From: Octopus vulgaris
Taxonomy: Eukaryota
DNA length: 64,000 nucleotides
Direction: 5' to 3'
Assembly: GCA_951406725.2 (NCBI GenBank)
Contig: OX597818.1
Span: forward strand, 100,316,001-100,380,000
The position numbers and the translations under genes are program-made. Each line of letters starts with the position of its first letter. Position 1 is the first letter of the stretch. Positions 63,618 to 64,000 of the stretch are shown here, piece by piece. The notes under the pieces are model-generated. The model had not been told where the DNA came from. It ran no database searches and worked only from the letters and a program-made list of their open reading frames with translations.

Positions 63618-64000
63618 GGTTGTGTTCATTTCCGTATAAATGTGTAAGTATGCGAACAATTTATAAATATATCATTTTTTTTTGCATGTGTGTGTGTGTG
63701 TGTGTGTGTGTGTATACGTCGATATCTATGTATATATGTGTGCACACATGTAAAACCATATAATATAGATTTTAGTAGAAATACAGGTATATATGCATTT
63801 ATAGAATTTATCCATGTATACGCGTGAATATCCTTACATGCGTCTAAGTAGAGATATGAGATAATAGATACACACACAGACAAATCTAATTGCATATACG
63901 TGTGTTTGTGTGTATCAGTGTGTCCCTATGTTTATTTGTATGAAATATTTATGTGTATCTGTATGATTGTGTGAATGTGCAGACAATTGTTTGGGTCAAT

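Overview
Repeat-dominated eukaryotic DNA, very likely from an octopus or other coleoid cephalopod. This is inferred from the tRNA-derived SINE families and the extreme (TA)n/(TG)n/(AAT)n microsatellite load. No intact autonomous element is present. Recognisable parts: a disrupted CR1-group LINE (CCCH-finger ORF1, APE, RT; 1-2742, minus); a 5'-truncated R4/Dong-type RLE LINE with one frameshift (55240-57020, minus); remnants of R4/Dong, CR1, Tx1/L1-like, Ty3/gypsy, Penelope-like, mariner, pogo/Tigger and Helitron-like elements; several MITE/foldback elements; about 30 SINE copies from at least 5 families; and two tentative minus-strand exons of a host gene (32695-32820, 27468-27539). The most striking signal is about 15 type I hammerhead ribozyme (HHR)-like motifs from at least 7 sequence families, mostly in short non-coding elements beside (TA)n tracts. 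They include a canonical intact GUC HHR in a ~472-bp partial tandem repeat, a TIR-bounded family whose stem I co-varies across three copies, and a 160-bp palindrome with two back-to-back HHRs. Most ORFs in the supplied track are microsatellite artefacts. All coordinates were read by eye and repeat boundaries are approximate.
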